From positions 166 to 64,165 of the forward strand of contig JAJYWD010000003.1 in the NCBI GenBank assembly GCA_021791655.1: a DNA stretch of 64,000 nucleotides. Direction: 5' to 3'. This stretch comes from Nanobdellota archaeon. Its GTDB lineage: Archaea; Nanobdellota; Nanobdellia; Parvarchaeales; Parvarchaeaceae. Below the pieces are notes generated by a model that saw nothing but the letters and a program-made list of their open reading frames with translations, did not search any database and was not told where the DNA came from. Of this stretch, positions 28,160-38,110 are shown piece after piece. Made by a program: the position numbers and the translations under genes. The first letter of the stretch is position 1; every line of letters begins with the position of its first letter.

Positions 28160-28831
28160 TTAAACGAACCTGACATATATCATCGCATGATCCTTTTGAA
28201 ACGGGTCTAATCTCACACTCCTTACGATTTTGCACTTTTTTGACAACTCCCTTTCCGCTGCGGAGATTACCCTCTCACTCGGCATTGACACGTCTATACT
28301 TCTGGACTTTATCGCTATAACCCCGCTACCCCCCTGTTTAACGAACATGCCTGCATTTTTCAGGAATATTTTGACTTGCTCCCGCTGCGCTATATCCTGA
28401 TAAATAAAGTCGCACTTCGGGACGAAATCTGAATAGCTCTCTGTTTTGGACGCATCTGCTATAATGGGGTATATGTTTGGTCTCCTTTCCGCAAGAAATA
28501 CTAGATTTACACCCATCTCCTCAGCTATCTCAACCGCGTATACTGCGCCGGATGGTCCGATTATATCGGACACGTGAGACACGGTAGTACCGGAAGAAGC
28601 CCCGAGATAAAGCACCTTGCTACCAAAGCGTATATCAATGCCAGAAAATCCCTTGAACAAGAGGGCCGCGAGCTTACTTCTGTTTGGCATCCATTCTCTG
28701 TATTCTTTTCCCGCGATAGTAAAGAGTCTCTCACCATAAACTGTTTCTCCCTTGGCTAGATTAAGAGAGAGAAGTCTGCGCCTCCCATTTAGCATCCAAA
28801 ATACGTTATCTGCCGCTTTTTCTAATCGCAT
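28160..28831 (-). CDS. flpA: fibrillarin-like rRNA/tRNA 2'-O-methyltransferase
   Basis: VYGE..EYREW.P.RSKLAA, LYLGASSGTTVSHVSD, VYAVE match fibrillarin. The start is probably the internal Met MLNG (28795), which avoids overlap with nop5. Confidence 0.85.
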   Translation of the reverse strand: MRLEKAADNVFWMLNGRRRLLSLNLAKGETVYGERLFTIAGKEYREWMPNRSKLAALLFKGFSGIDIRFGSKVLYLGASSGTTVSHVSDIIGPSGAVYAVEIAEEMGVNLVFLAERRPNIYPIIADASKTESYSDFVPKCDFIYQDIAQREQVKIFLKNAGMFVKQGGSGVIAIKSRSIDVSMPSERVISAAERELSKKCKIVRSVRLDPFQKDHAMIYVRFV

Positions 28832-29570
28832 AACCCCTTATTTTCTTTATCTCTTCTTCAAGCTTCTTGTCAAGCTCTGTGCTGTTATCGGTTCCGGAAA
28901 ACAGATCCACCCTGGCTGCCATGCTCGCTTTCGAAGCCAGAGCCCGCGCTACTCTGCCACGAATATTTTGCGGCGAGTCTTGTATCAGACTGTGTTTGAA
29001 AAGCAGCCCATACTTTGGAGATCTATCAGCCTTACGGCCGGAGAAAATTACCGTACTGCCTAGGATTTGCACTTTTGAAGACGGCATGAATGCAAGATTC
29101 TTAAGCCCCTTTGCTTCGCACAAAAGTCTTGCAGAAAGCATGCCGCCACAAATCGAATAAAGATTCTTATAAGTAACTTTGACTATATTGTCTAGCCTGC
29201 CCGCGATATCTATCCTAAAAGCGTCTAGTTCGCGCAGTCTTGCTACGCTGTCCGAAAGAAGTGACATGCCGTTAGCGTCAAGATCATACCCAAAACTTTG
29301 CGCTGAGATGAGCATTTTCTGGCTTACTTCATCTCGGCTAACCCCGCTCTTTAGCGAGGATACGAATTTATCCCTCTCTTTGAGCATCACAGCGGCCTCT
29401 GGGTAGTAAAGAAAAAACATGTCAAACGTAGCTTCAAATAACACATTTTCAGCGGCTTCACTCTCATCAATCAAATTTACCATGCGTCTTATCAAATCGT
29501 CTTTTGAAAGATTTTTCTTTATCGTTTCTTTAGCGCGAACTATGTATTCCTTATTGTCCATAAAAATCAA
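28806..29570 (-). CDS. nop5: Nop5/Nop56/58 C/D box sRNP protein, short form with a Nop domain
   Basis: Nop domain signature AQSFGYDLD...KGLKNLA..PSSKVQILG..GLLFKH.LIQ. Confidence 0.8.
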   Translation of the reverse strand: MIFMDNKEYIVRAKETIKKNLSKDDLIRRMVNLIDESEAAENVLFEATFDMFFLYYPEAAVMLKERDKFVSSLKSGVSRDEVSQKMLISAQSFGYDLDANGMSLLSDSVARLRELDAFRIDIAGRLDNIVKVTYKNLYSICGGMLSARLLCEAKGLKNLAFMPSSKVQILGSTVIFSGRKADRSPKYGLLFKHSLIQDSPQNIRGRVARALASKASMAARVDLFSGTDNSTELDKKLEEEIKKIRGYAIRKSGR

Positions 29571-30031
29571 CAGAAACCGGGAGAAAAGTACGCGTAGAAC
29601 GTCGTATTGGACTTAGCATCACCGAGTGAAGCGTTTGCACAGATGAACTGTGTCTGCGTAGTTACATTATATATTGTATAAGGGAAACTTCCGATGGATG
29701 AAGTGAAATTTATGGGTTCGTTCAGTGTTCCGGACCTATTGATACTGTTATAATCAACGTACCAAAAGAAGGCGGATGAGAATCTTACGCACGGCGACGA
29801 TGTACAATCCAGTGCTATGAACTTTGTCCCTACAGTAGAAAATGCGCCAGACCCGCCCGGTCCGTTCAAAAACCGGAATAGATTAGAAAACGCGGACCCT
29901 AGCCCTTTCACTATAAATGAATTAGTGGCTAAAAGAAATATTATAAGAACGACTGCGGCTATGACTATAAAGACTATGAGGGTAAGCCCCAAACCTATAG
30001 CTCCTTTCTTTGAACTGAATTCAGCGCGCAT
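29567..30031 (-). CDS. type IV pilin-like protein (class III signal peptide)
   Basis: SKKG-AIGLGLTLIVFIVIAAVVLII has a K-G cleavage site followed by a hydrophobic helix. The stop overlaps the nop5 start (ATGA). Confidence 0.55.
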   Translation of the reverse strand: MRAEFSSKKGAIGLGLTLIVFIVIAAVVLIIFLLATNSFIVKGLGSAFSNLFRFLNGPGGSGAFSTVGTKFIALDCTSSPCVRFSSAFFWYVDYNSINRSGTLNEPINFTSSIGSFPYTIYNVTTQTQFICANASLGDAKSNTTFYAYFSPGFC

Positions 30032-30057
30032 AACAATAATGAAAAGCGTTCGTGCTT

Positions 30058-30648
30058 TTAACCCTTACAGCTGTAAACTATAACCGCGGGCAGCGGGTAC
30101 CTGCGCCTCCTGTGAAACGGTGCAGATGCGTCCAGATGCAAATCACCAAAGTGCTCACACTGCAGCGCATATTTTTCTGAGAGCCCATTTATACGGTGAT
30201 TATCCTTGTAGAGAAAGAAGAAGTTGTCAGCTATCTTCCGCACGTGAAGTATGAACGTTTCTATGTCGAAGTCGCTCTGAAAACCGAATGGCGGGTTGGA
30301 GATTACAACATCGTAGTGTCTTAAGACATCAAACAAATCCTCGTCGTGAACGGAGCAGTTGCCAGCCGATGCTGATGCAACATTTCTTGTACAGATTTCC
30401 AACATTTTTTTGTCGATGTCATACATATCCACGTGCTTTGCGCCCAGAAGACCAGCACCAAGTCCTAGGATGCCTGTTCCGCAGCCAAGGTCTGCTATAT
30501 CCTTCGACTCTATCATTCCTGCTGCATCCACGAAAAATAGGAAATCGACAGCCGCACTTACATCCGTGACATACTGCTCCAGCCCCAATATGTTCCTGCT
30601 TGGTCTATCCAGTTTGCTCAATATACGGGAAAGATGTATCTTATCCAT
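30058..30648 (-). CDS. class I SAM-dependent methyltransferase with an NPPF motif (COG2263/METTL5-like)
   Basis: SAM-binding DLGCGTGILG and catalytic NPPFG. Confidence 0.65.
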   Translation of the reverse strand: MDKIHLSRILSKLDRPSRNILGLEQYVTDVSAAVDFLFFVDAAGMIESKDIADLGCGTGILGLGAGLLGAKHVDMYDIDKKMLEICTRNVASASAGNCSVHDEDLFDVLRHYDVVISNPPFGFQSDFDIETFILHVRKIADNFFFLYKDNHRINGLSEKYALQCEHFGDLHLDASAPFHRRRRYPLPAVIVYSCKG

Positions 30649-32476
30649 TCTTTTTAAGAAGATTAGACGCTATTTTATAGGCATCGCTTGCATCGAAGGA
30701 GAACCCCAATTTTTCCCTCAGATTAGTTATGAGCACATCTGGCCGGTTTATGCCGCCCGCGGAGAGCGTGTGCTCTATCTCATCCTCCAATTGCACGTCC
30801 GTAACCTTCTTTAACCTAAACCTTTCTATAACCTCGTCAACAGATTTACCGTTACCTAATGCCAGATTTTCCAATACCTTTGAGGATGCGTCCCTGGCAA
30901 GAGAATCCTTGGATATCCTGTCTAGCACAACTTCGAGTTGTCCATTGTCGACTGTGAAATCAAACTTCCTCCTTATGTATCTGTAGTCGTCTACCAATAC
31001 TTTCACTATCACACTAAACGGAAGCTTAAGCTTTTTGTTCAGCTCAAGTGCAAGGTTAAGCTTGTTTACACCGATAAGTAGATCAATAAATTCCCCGGAT
31101 AGCCCGTATTCCTTCTCTAGTTTTTCAACGCTCAGGTCGGAGTAGCGTTTGCCTGCACGTAGGACTTCTTCATCTATTCTTATTATCGGTAGGTCAGTCT
31201 CAACGTACATGCGGTCTTTGCCCCCGATGGGCCTCAAGAATTTTGTAGTGTTATCGCTCTGAACAGATCTTACCTCGGATGGCACCGATGACAGTAGAGA
31301 ATTTACACGATTCTTTATCTCTGTTGCTACAATATTCTCATGAGCCTTGTCCACAATTGATAGTATAAACGCATCCGACTCGCCGACCGATAGCTCGCCT
31401 CTTATATTTTCTACCTCCGCTTCTGTTATGCCGTAATTTGGCAATTCATCCGAGTGTATTATTCCACCGCCATACGAGGCGTGCAGATAATCGCTTATTT
31501 CCCCGCCGAACGTCTTATTCTCCTCAACATAGTTGCCCAATACGCCTTTCAGACCGCCCATTTTTATTCCAAGCACAATTTTACCTTTCGCTACGGCACC
31601 GCTCAGTATCTTTGAATTGGAGTTAGCTAAGAGTCTGCTAAGATTTAGGCTCTTAAGCTCGCCGTACTCTCTAAGCAGATAGCCGTAGTTCTTTGCCATA
31701 GTTATAAGCGTTTTTTGCCTGCCAGCCTCATTCAGTATCGCCTTATCCATTTCCCTTATGTTTTGAAAGCCCTTCATCTCAATCCTACTTCCGCCCTCTA
31801 TCGAAATGTTTATATCCTGCCTTATGGTCCCTATTCCCCTTCTGACGTTTAAAAGACGCGTGAACCTGCCGAATGCAAGGGCTATTTCCTTTGCCTCTGA
31901 TTCATCCGTATCTATGGGTTCGGTCGTAAACTCGAGTAACGGTATACCCAATCTATCCAACTTGTAGACTATGGAGTCTGAAGTCTCCGATTCCTTTCTT
32001 GCTGAGTCTTCTTCAAGGCATATGGTGCGTATCTTTATGTCTTTGTTACCGAATCTGAAAATGCCGTTTATGCCTATAACCGCGGTCCTCTGAAAGCCGC
32101 TGGTATTAGAGCCGTCAACAATCACTTTTCTCATGAAGATTATATTTTTCTGAATTTCCGCAGAAAGCGCAGAACACGCGTTAACGGCGGTTTCCAGAGC
32201 TTCCTTATCGACATCGTGCGGTGGTTCCTCGTCCAGGTCAACCAGACAGTCGGAATCCTTGAATACTTTATATACGATTTGTTTTTCGCGAAAGACTTCG
32301 AACATTGCACTCTCGTCTATCTTCCCACTTTCGCCGAAAGAGGATCTGAAGCGTCGTCTTATCTCCATGTCAGCATCTGCTTCCTCATGTATCTTTGGTT
32401 TGCACCTGCAGAACAGCTTTCCGGTGTTAAGTTGAACGTGCCACTCGAATCCGCATTTTATTTTCATGCTAACCAC
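30641..32476 (-). CDS. gatE: glutamyl-tRNA(Gln) amidotransferase subunit E
   Basis: N-terminal KCGFEWHVQLNTGKLFCRC and GatE-wide similarity; 611 aa. Confidence 0.85.
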   Translation of the reverse strand: MVSMKIKCGFEWHVQLNTGKLFCRCKPKIHEEADADMEIRRRFRSSFGESGKIDESAMFEVFREKQIVYKVFKDSDCLVDLDEEPPHDVDKEALETAVNACSALSAEIQKNIIFMRKVIVDGSNTSGFQRTAVIGINGIFRFGNKDIKIRTICLEEDSARKESETSDSIVYKLDRLGIPLLEFTTEPIDTDESEAKEIALAFGRFTRLLNVRRGIGTIRQDINISIEGGSRIEMKGFQNIREMDKAILNEAGRQKTLITMAKNYGYLLREYGELKSLNLSRLLANSNSKILSGAVAKGKIVLGIKMGGLKGVLGNYVEENKTFGGEISDYLHASYGGGIIHSDELPNYGITEAEVENIRGELSVGESDAFILSIVDKAHENIVATEIKNRVNSLLSSVPSEVRSVQSDNTTKFLRPIGGKDRMYVETDLPIIRIDEEVLRAGKRYSDLSVEKLEKEYGLSGEFIDLLIGVNKLNLALELNKKLKLPFSVIVKVLVDDYRYIRRKFDFTVDNGQLEVVLDRISKDSLARDASSKVLENLALGNGKSVDEVIERFRLKKVTDVQLEDEIEHTLSAGGINRPDVLITNLREKLGFSFDASDAYKIASNLLKKNG

Positions 32477-32506
32477 AGGCTCCTTTAGTCAGTCGCTAAA
32501 TTTATA

Positions 32507-32902
32507 TCAGTATACCATAAAAAGGATGATTAAAACCAGAAAAGACAGTTCCAAAGACGCCGCATTTATTACGGTGGACTTTTCGATATCTTTTTCATGG
32601 GCGGTTTCGCTCTTCACCCTGCCCTTAAAATTTGAAGAGCCAGAAAAGTCATACTTGCTCTCACTTGCAAAGAGCACGCAAAAGCTACTGTACCCCTGAT
32701 ATAATCCCTCGAATCCTAGCAGTAACAACGGGAAGAGCACCAGTATGTAGATGAAGAAAAGCATGAAATACTGTATGAGGAACCAGCCAACCGCTGCAAA
32801 AATAAATCCGAGCACGCCAAAGGCATAGCGCTTTTTCCTCTCTCTGGCACCTATATTGCACGAACCCGGGATGTAATGAGTTTTTCCGTATACCAAGCCC
32901 AT
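32507..32902 (-). CDS. hypothetical small membrane protein between gatD and gatE
   Basis: Two to three TM helices; the frame is consistent with an operon. Confidence 0.4.
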   Translation of the reverse strand: MGLVYGKTHYIPGSCNIGARERKKRYAFGVLGFIFAAVGWFLIQYFMLFFIYILVLFPLLLLGFEGLYQGYSSFCVLFASESKYDFSGSSNFKGRVKSETAHEKDIEKSTVINAASLELSFLVLIILFMVY

Positions 32903-32908
32903 AATTTC

Positions 32909-34207
32909 TCAAACTAAGAATTCATCAACTTCGCTTCTTGTCTTTATTTCTCCCGACAGAGATGACGTCATAAGTTCCCTTACCTTTTCCAGTTTTCTAG
33001 TCTTTCCTAGTACGAACATTAGCTTTACGTAAGCGGTCTCGCTGAGCATATCACCCAAATATATTGTATTATCGAGATTTGACAGCTCTCTCAACGGACT
33101 GTAAACGAACTTATTGGTGGATCCGTACATTGCCTGCGATGTAATGGCTATCGGTATTCCGCTGTCATTAGCCCTCTTAAGCGCCTTTCTTACGGTTCTG
33201 TCGCCCAGGGGGAGATTGCCAAAACCCGTGCCCATCAATACAAGACCGTGCATCCCCATATCCAAATAATAATCTATGATATCACCGCCGAGGGAAGGGT
33301 AAGACATTATCAGCTTTACCTTCTCGTCAAGTTTTGTATCGAGCTTGGTCTCTTTGCTACGTGGCCTCCAATCCGATAGCTTCTCTATCGAACCGTCGGG
33401 ATATACGCGGCCAAGCGGCTTTGTATTTATAGGCCTGAAAGTGTCCCTTCTCTCAGTATGCATCTTCCGTACTTTGTTACCTCTGAGGATTAAGTTGGAA
33501 TCGTCGTTCATGTTGGCGTGCATGCAGATTACCGACTCCCCCCCAGACCATCTAGAAGCCACTATGGCTGAAAGCAACAGGTTGGACGAAGCATCGGATG
33601 AGCCCCTATCCGGGCTCCTCTGTGCACCGGTGAATACTATCGGTGCCGACAGTGGATTCAGCATGAAAGAAAGCGCGGAGGAGACATAGTGCATCGTGTC
33701 GGTACCCATCGTCACTATAACACCCACAGAGCCGCTCTTGATTGCATCGTAAGCTTCTTTGGCTATCTTAACCCAATCTGAAGGCTTCATATTTTCCGAC
33801 CAGATGTTCATCGCTTCCCTCACACCCACACTACCGTACTTCTGCATGCCTTGCGCGAGTTTAAGATAGTAAGACGGGGGCACCGTAGGCGAAACGCCAC
33901 CAGTCTTATAGTCTATTTTTGACGAGATGGTTCCACCGGTTGTGATAATGGAGATGTCACCGTTCTTATCGCTGCTCTCCTTCGCTTCTGACGCTGTCCT
34001 ACCTAATTGCTCTATTATAGATAAGGCTTTGATCTCGCTTTTTTTAAGTGCCACATCATAGCCGGAATCAAGTTTTATAACCACTATTTCGCCGCTGTTG
34101 TCGTATTTTATGAAATTGCCAACAAACTGCCCGGTATGCGTCTCGATTCTTATCAAGTCGCCGACCTCCGGCTCGCTCTTACTGTGCTTATTAGAAAACT
34201 TGTTCAT
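32909..34207 (-). CDS. gatD: glutamyl-tRNA(Gln) amidotransferase subunit D (asparaginase-like)
   Basis: Asparaginase motif ISIITTGGTISS and AnsA-like domains; 432 aa. Confidence 0.85.
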   Translation of the reverse strand: MNKFSNKHSKSEPEVGDLIRIETHTGQFVGNFIKYDNSGEIVVIKLDSGYDVALKKSEIKALSIIEQLGRTASEAKESSDKNGDISIITTGGTISSKIDYKTGGVSPTVPPSYYLKLAQGMQKYGSVGVREAMNIWSENMKPSDWVKIAKEAYDAIKSGSVGVIVTMGTDTMHYVSSALSFMLNPLSAPIVFTGAQRSPDRGSSDASSNLLLSAIVASRWSGGESVICMHANMNDDSNLILRGNKVRKMHTERRDTFRPINTKPLGRVYPDGSIEKLSDWRPRSKETKLDTKLDEKVKLIMSYPSLGGDIIDYYLDMGMHGLVLMGTGFGNLPLGDRTVRKALKRANDSGIPIAITSQAMYGSTNKFVYSPLRELSNLDNTIYLGDMLSETAYVKLMFVLGKTRKLEKVRELMTSSLSGEIKTRSEVDEFLV

Positions 34208-34426
34208 AAATACGAATCCTAGATACTAAAAGTAAGTCTTCAGAGGATAAATAATTTGAAAATCAGTATTAACTTCATTTCGACAAGATTTTTAAATACG
34301 AGAAAACCTATTATAACTATAAAGAAATTATAAAAATTTGAATGTTCGCCAAAACATCCAAATTTTCGAATCGTTAACGGTAAGTTACACAACACTTACT
34401 TTCTTCTATAAATAAAATAGACTTAC

Positions 34427-35563
34427 GTGAATATAAAGCTTTCGGTTTTATATCCGCGGATGTCAGCGAGGGAAAATATGGTGATGGACCTTTTGGTCGA
34501 AAGCGCCTTGAGAGCAAGTAAGGAAAATGCCGCCGATGACGTGCTCTTCAACCAAGCGCTAATAAAAGTTATAGGTGTAGGTGGTGGCGGAAACAACATG
34601 GCCAGCTGGCTTTACAAGAAGGGCGTTAAAGGCGCCGAAGTTGTAATAGCCAATACCGACCAGGTACAACTGAACGCAAGGAACGCAGATAAGAAAGTCC
34701 TTCTTGGCAGAGAAACCACGAGAGGACTCGGTGCGGGAGGGTTCCCAGAGAAGGGAAAACAAGCGGCCGAAGAATCCGCAAGGGAAATGAAGGATTCCCT
34801 GCGAGGTGCTGACTTGGTATTTATATGTGCTGGCTTGGGTGGCGGTACAGGTACCGGTGCAGCCCCAGTTGTTGCCCGACTTGCTAAGGAGACTGATGCT
34901 ATTGTTATAAGCACGGTGACTATGCCTTTCAAGACCGAAAGGAAGAGGGTGGAGAATGCTGAGCTGGGTCTTCAGGAGCTAAGAAGCTATTCTGACACTG
35001 TCATAGTGATAGACAACAATAGGCTTGTAAGCATGGCGGGGAATCTGCCGCTTGACCAGGCCTTCAATGTTGCAAATGAAGTGGTGGCAACCATGATAAA
35101 GGGCATCGTGGAAACGATATCGGACGCAGGAGCGTTGGTGCACCTAGACTTCGCAGACATAAAGGCCATTATGAACAAGGGCGGTGTGTCTGTGATAGGC
35201 ATAGGAGAAACGGACGCATCGGACTCCAGAGTTGTGGAAGTCGTGAGAAGAGCGCTTAACAACCCTCTTCTTGATGTGAGTTATAAGGGTGCAAAAGGCG
35301 CACTTATACACATAACCGGCGGACCCGACCTTACGCTGTCGGAAGTGAACCAGATAGGTGAGATTGCGACTCAGTCTCTCGACCCAGATGCAGTAGTCAT
35401 ATGGGGTGCAAAGATAGACGAAGCACTCACCGGGAAACTCCGTGTTATGACTATAATAACGGGAGTCAGCTCGCCGTACTTGTTGGGACCTGAAGACGCC
35501 AACAATGTGGCGCAGGCCAATAGGGCTATAAGCCAGGAACTCGGGATAGAAGTACTTAAATAG
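34427..35563 (+). CDS. ftsZ: cell division GTPase FtsZ
   Basis: Tubulin signature GLGGGTGTGAAPVVA and IGVGGGGNN. The tracked start is GTG; a nearby internal ATG is possible. Confidence 0.9.
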   Translation: MNIKLSVLYPRMSARENMVMDLLVESALRASKENAADDVLFNQALIKVIGVGGGGNNMASWLYKKGVKGAEVVIANTDQVQLNARNADKKVLLGRETTRGLGAGGFPEKGKQAAEESAREMKDSLRGADLVFICAGLGGGTGTGAAPVVARLAKETDAIVISTVTMPFKTERKRVENAELGLQELRSYSDTVIVIDNNRLVSMAGNLPLDQAFNVANEVVATMIKGIVETISDAGALVHLDFADIKAIMNKGGVSVIGIGETDASDSRVVEVVRRALNNPLLDVSYKGAKGALIHITGGPDLTLSEVNQIGEIATQSLDPDAVVIWGAKIDEALTGKLRVMTIITGVSSPYLLGPEDANNVAQANRAISQELGIEVLK

Positions 35564-35576
35564 AATTTGATTTGGG

Positions 35577-35597
35577 GCCGGGCTTCTAAAGTCCGGC
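35577..35597 (+). terminator. stem-loop GCCGGGC-TTCTAAA-GTCCGGC, 14 nt after the ftsZ stop
   Basis: 7-bp stem including one G-U pair. Confidence 0.35.
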
Positions 35598-35642
35598 TCC
35601 GCTTTATCGATTCCATCTTTCAAGAAATCCCTCCACTCCGAT

Positions 35643-35661
35643 GGGGGCTTCTAATGCCCCC
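35643..35661 (+). terminator. stem-loop GGGGGC-TTCTAAT-GCCCCC followed by ATTTTATATTT; likely ftsZ terminator
   Basis: Perfect 6-bp GC stem followed by a T-rich tract. The loop is identical to the upstream hairpin. Confidence 0.45.
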
Positions 35662-35798
35662 ATTTTATATTTATACATAACGAGAAAGGGTTCGCTATAC
35701 AGATATGCTCTGGCACTCAATTAGCGCTTCAATGCGCGCTTTATTGAGCATTGGCAATACAGAGTCCGCCACACAATAAAGTCATATTAAGAAGTCGC

Positions 35799-36173
35799 TT
35801 ACTGCTTCATTACGATGGATATCTGGTCGGAAGCTTTCTTCGCTTCCAGAAGGATTAGACCATAATTTACGTTTGGGTCTATCATTATTGTAAGAATCGC
35901 ATCCTCGCCCGCACGCACCGCTATAACACGTATGTCTTTTGATTCCGCGACCACCCTTTCTAATATGTTTTTAGCGCCTATCGCCTTTATGGCAGCCTCG
36001 GCAGCCCCGACCATGGATGCAAGCATAGCGGCGAAGGTATTAGCATCTATCTCGCCAGGTATCAAGGACATTATCGGTAATCCATCGGCAGATATAACTG
36101 CGGAGGCTTTTATGCCGCCAATAGTATTGAGATGTTCCAATACCGTACGCAGTGCTTCGGATTTTGTAGCCAT
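35799..36173 (-). CDS. Roadblock/LC7 (MglB-like) domain protein
   Basis: 124 aa with the Roadblock pattern ..GGIKASAVISADGLPI.... Confidence 0.65.
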   Translation of the reverse strand: MATKSEALRTVLEHLNTIGGIKASAVISADGLPIMSLIPGEIDANTFAAMLASMVGAAEAAIKAIGAKNILERVVAESKDIRVIAVRAGEDAILTIMIDPNVNYGLILLEAKKASDQISIVMKQ

Positions 36174-36192
36174 ACTTATCTTTTGACAATCC

Positions 36193-37416
36193 CTATTTAA
36201 ATAAGTCCTCCTCTATTACAAGCCTAAACAGGGTAGACAGCACTTCGTCCACTCCCGACTTTTTCAGCTTGGTAGGTTGGTTAGGATCTATTCTAGACAA
36301 ATCCTCAGCCACCGTAGCTGTGATTGGCACATCGTTGTTAAGGTGCAGCCTGTTCTTAATGTCGTCTATACTCAATGCACCTGGCAGATCCGCTTTGTTT
36401 GCGGCAATCACTATCGGCAGTCCGAACGTTTCGGTCTTTCTAAGCATTTCAATAGCGCGAGGAAACTGCTCTGGCTTGGTACAATCAACCACTAATACGA
36501 CACCTATGGAATCGCCACCAAGCAGCTTTAGCAGGGGGTCAAACCTCTCCTGCCCCGGCGTGCCAAACAAATCCGCTAAATAGCCTTTGAAGTCTACACT
36601 ACCGTGATCCAAGGCTATCGTGCCGCCAAGCTTATCGACGCTAACGGCGTTCTTTGACGCACTGTGTATGAAAGAGCTCTTACCCGCGTCTGTGGGTCCT
36701 GTAACGAGTATCTTCGGTATGGCTATCTTTATCCCCCCCGGCTTAACTACCTTGAACAGGGTAGAAGTGAAACTCTTTCCGGGCAGCCACTTGCATTTTA
36801 TCACACCAAAATACTGGCCGAATATGACTCTTTTCTCTATTCCTCTTATGACAACTTCTGCGTCCGTCAGGTTCATAAGTCCGGCACGTTCATTCTCTCC
36901 GTAACCCCAGTCTGTGAATAGGAGCGCTGCGGCCGTCTCACTCTTGTTTATTTTCTCCCTTAGCATGGCGATTATTGATATTGCGTAATCAAAGCCAAAT
37001 GTATCTACCACCAGTGAAAATGAATCAAAAAGCACCAGGGTATAACCCTTTTCAAGTTCGGCCCCGAGTGTTCTAAGGATCTCTTCTTTGTCATTAGGGT
37101 TTTTTATGACAATGACATTAGCGCTTCCAGACGACTCTATACCGGTCAAGTTGCTGTAGGCGTCGAGTACGAAGATATTCTTTGACACCGGAAAATGGAA
37201 CTCCTCCATCTCCTTGAAGTAAGCAGGCGGTGACGTTCTATTAAGGAAAATGAGAATCTTATTATCTTTTTCATTGTTAGCGACTATCTGGTAGCCGAAT
37301 GCTTCGTTCCCAACTGCGGGCGACGCAGAAAATATAACAGACTTGTGAGTCGGGAACCCGCCTAGCTCCCCATCCAATTTAGCAATCCCAAACAACGGGT
37401 CGACCATATCAGTCAT
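36193..37416 (-). CDS. fusion protein: N-terminal KaiC-like domain without a Walker A motif, then a C-terminal Ras/Arf-like small GTPase
   Basis: The C-terminal half has G1 GPTDAGKSS, G3 DLFGTPGQERF and G4 NKADL. The N-terminal ~230 aa resemble a KaiC/RecA fold but lack a P-loop. Confidence 0.65.
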   Translation of the reverse strand: MTDMVDPLFGIAKLDGELGGFPTHKSVIFSASPAVGNEAFGYQIVANNEKDNKILIFLNRTSPPAYFKEMEEFHFPVSKNIFVLDAYSNLTGIESSGSANVIVIKNPNDKEEILRTLGAELEKGYTLVLFDSFSLVVDTFGFDYAISIIAMLREKINKSETAAALLFTDWGYGENERAGLMNLTDAEVVIRGIEKRVIFGQYFGVIKCKWLPGKSFTSTLFKVVKPGGIKIAIPKILVTGPTDAGKSSFIHSASKNAVSVDKLGGTIALDHGSVDFKGYLADLFGTPGQERFDPLLKLLGGDSIGVVLVVDCTKPEQFPRAIEMLRKTETFGLPIVIAANKADLPGALSIDDIKNRLHLNNDVPITATVAEDLSRIDPNQPTKLKKSGVDEVLSTLFRLVIEEDLFK

Positions 37417-37441
37417 ATCGAATCACCATTAAGATTTAAAT

Positions 37442-38107
37442 CTATAACGGCGACCACGACAAAACCTCCTTTGCAGAGCCGGAGATAGTGAAAAAGCGTT
37501 TTCCGTCCTCCAGTTTTACGTTTATCACGCCGTCCATAAGGGATTTTATGGATTCTGTAACATCATTTGCATGCATATCGCTGTTCAATAAAAATAAAGA
37601 CGTAACCCCAGAGGTCTTTGCTCTTCCGCAAACGAACTGCAGGAACCTGAACATCGTTATTGTATTATTGTACAGGAGCAGCGTGGATAGCGAATCTAGG
37701 ACGTTTATAACGGATTTGCCGTCCTTTACAAAGTCATTGTTCATTGAAGACATTGCAACAGACAAGCCCGTAAGATCAACAGGGCCGTTCACAACCTTTG
37801 TATACTGATTATCGGACGATTCTGGACTTATAGTTCTACTGAAATCGTCGATTATCTTGAAGGACTGCCCCAAGTGCTGCGATATGTTCAGCCCGTGCGC
37901 TAGAAAGTCATTTAACAGTTCGGATGAACCTTTATTCACTGTTATGTACACGACTGCACGGCCCTCTTTCAGATTAGCGGCGGATAACCTATAAGCCAAT
38001 TCCTCTTTGCCACTCTCTCTGTTGCCGTTGAGCAGGTATGTCTTTAGAGGGCTTAGACCCCCGGTGAGCTTATCGAAGGATTCCGAGCCGGATGGTATGC
38101 TTACCAT
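37442..38107 (-). CDS. KaiC-like domain protein with a degenerate Walker A (GNRESGKE)
   Basis: IPSGSESFDKLTGGL..GNRESGKE..VYITVNK has KaiC-like architecture; the P-loop Thr/Ser is replaced by Glu. Confidence 0.55.
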   Translation of the reverse strand: MVSIPSGSESFDKLTGGLSPLKTYLLNGNRESGKEELAYRLSAANLKEGRAVVYITVNKGSSELLNDFLAHGLNISQHLGQSFKIIDDFSRTISPESSDNQYTKVVNGPVDLTGLSVAMSSMNNDFVKDGKSVINVLDSLSTLLLYNNTITMFRFLQFVCGRAKTSGVTSLFLLNSDMHANDVTESIKSLMDGVINVKLEDGKRFFTISGSAKEVLSWSPL

Positions 38108-38110
38108 ATC

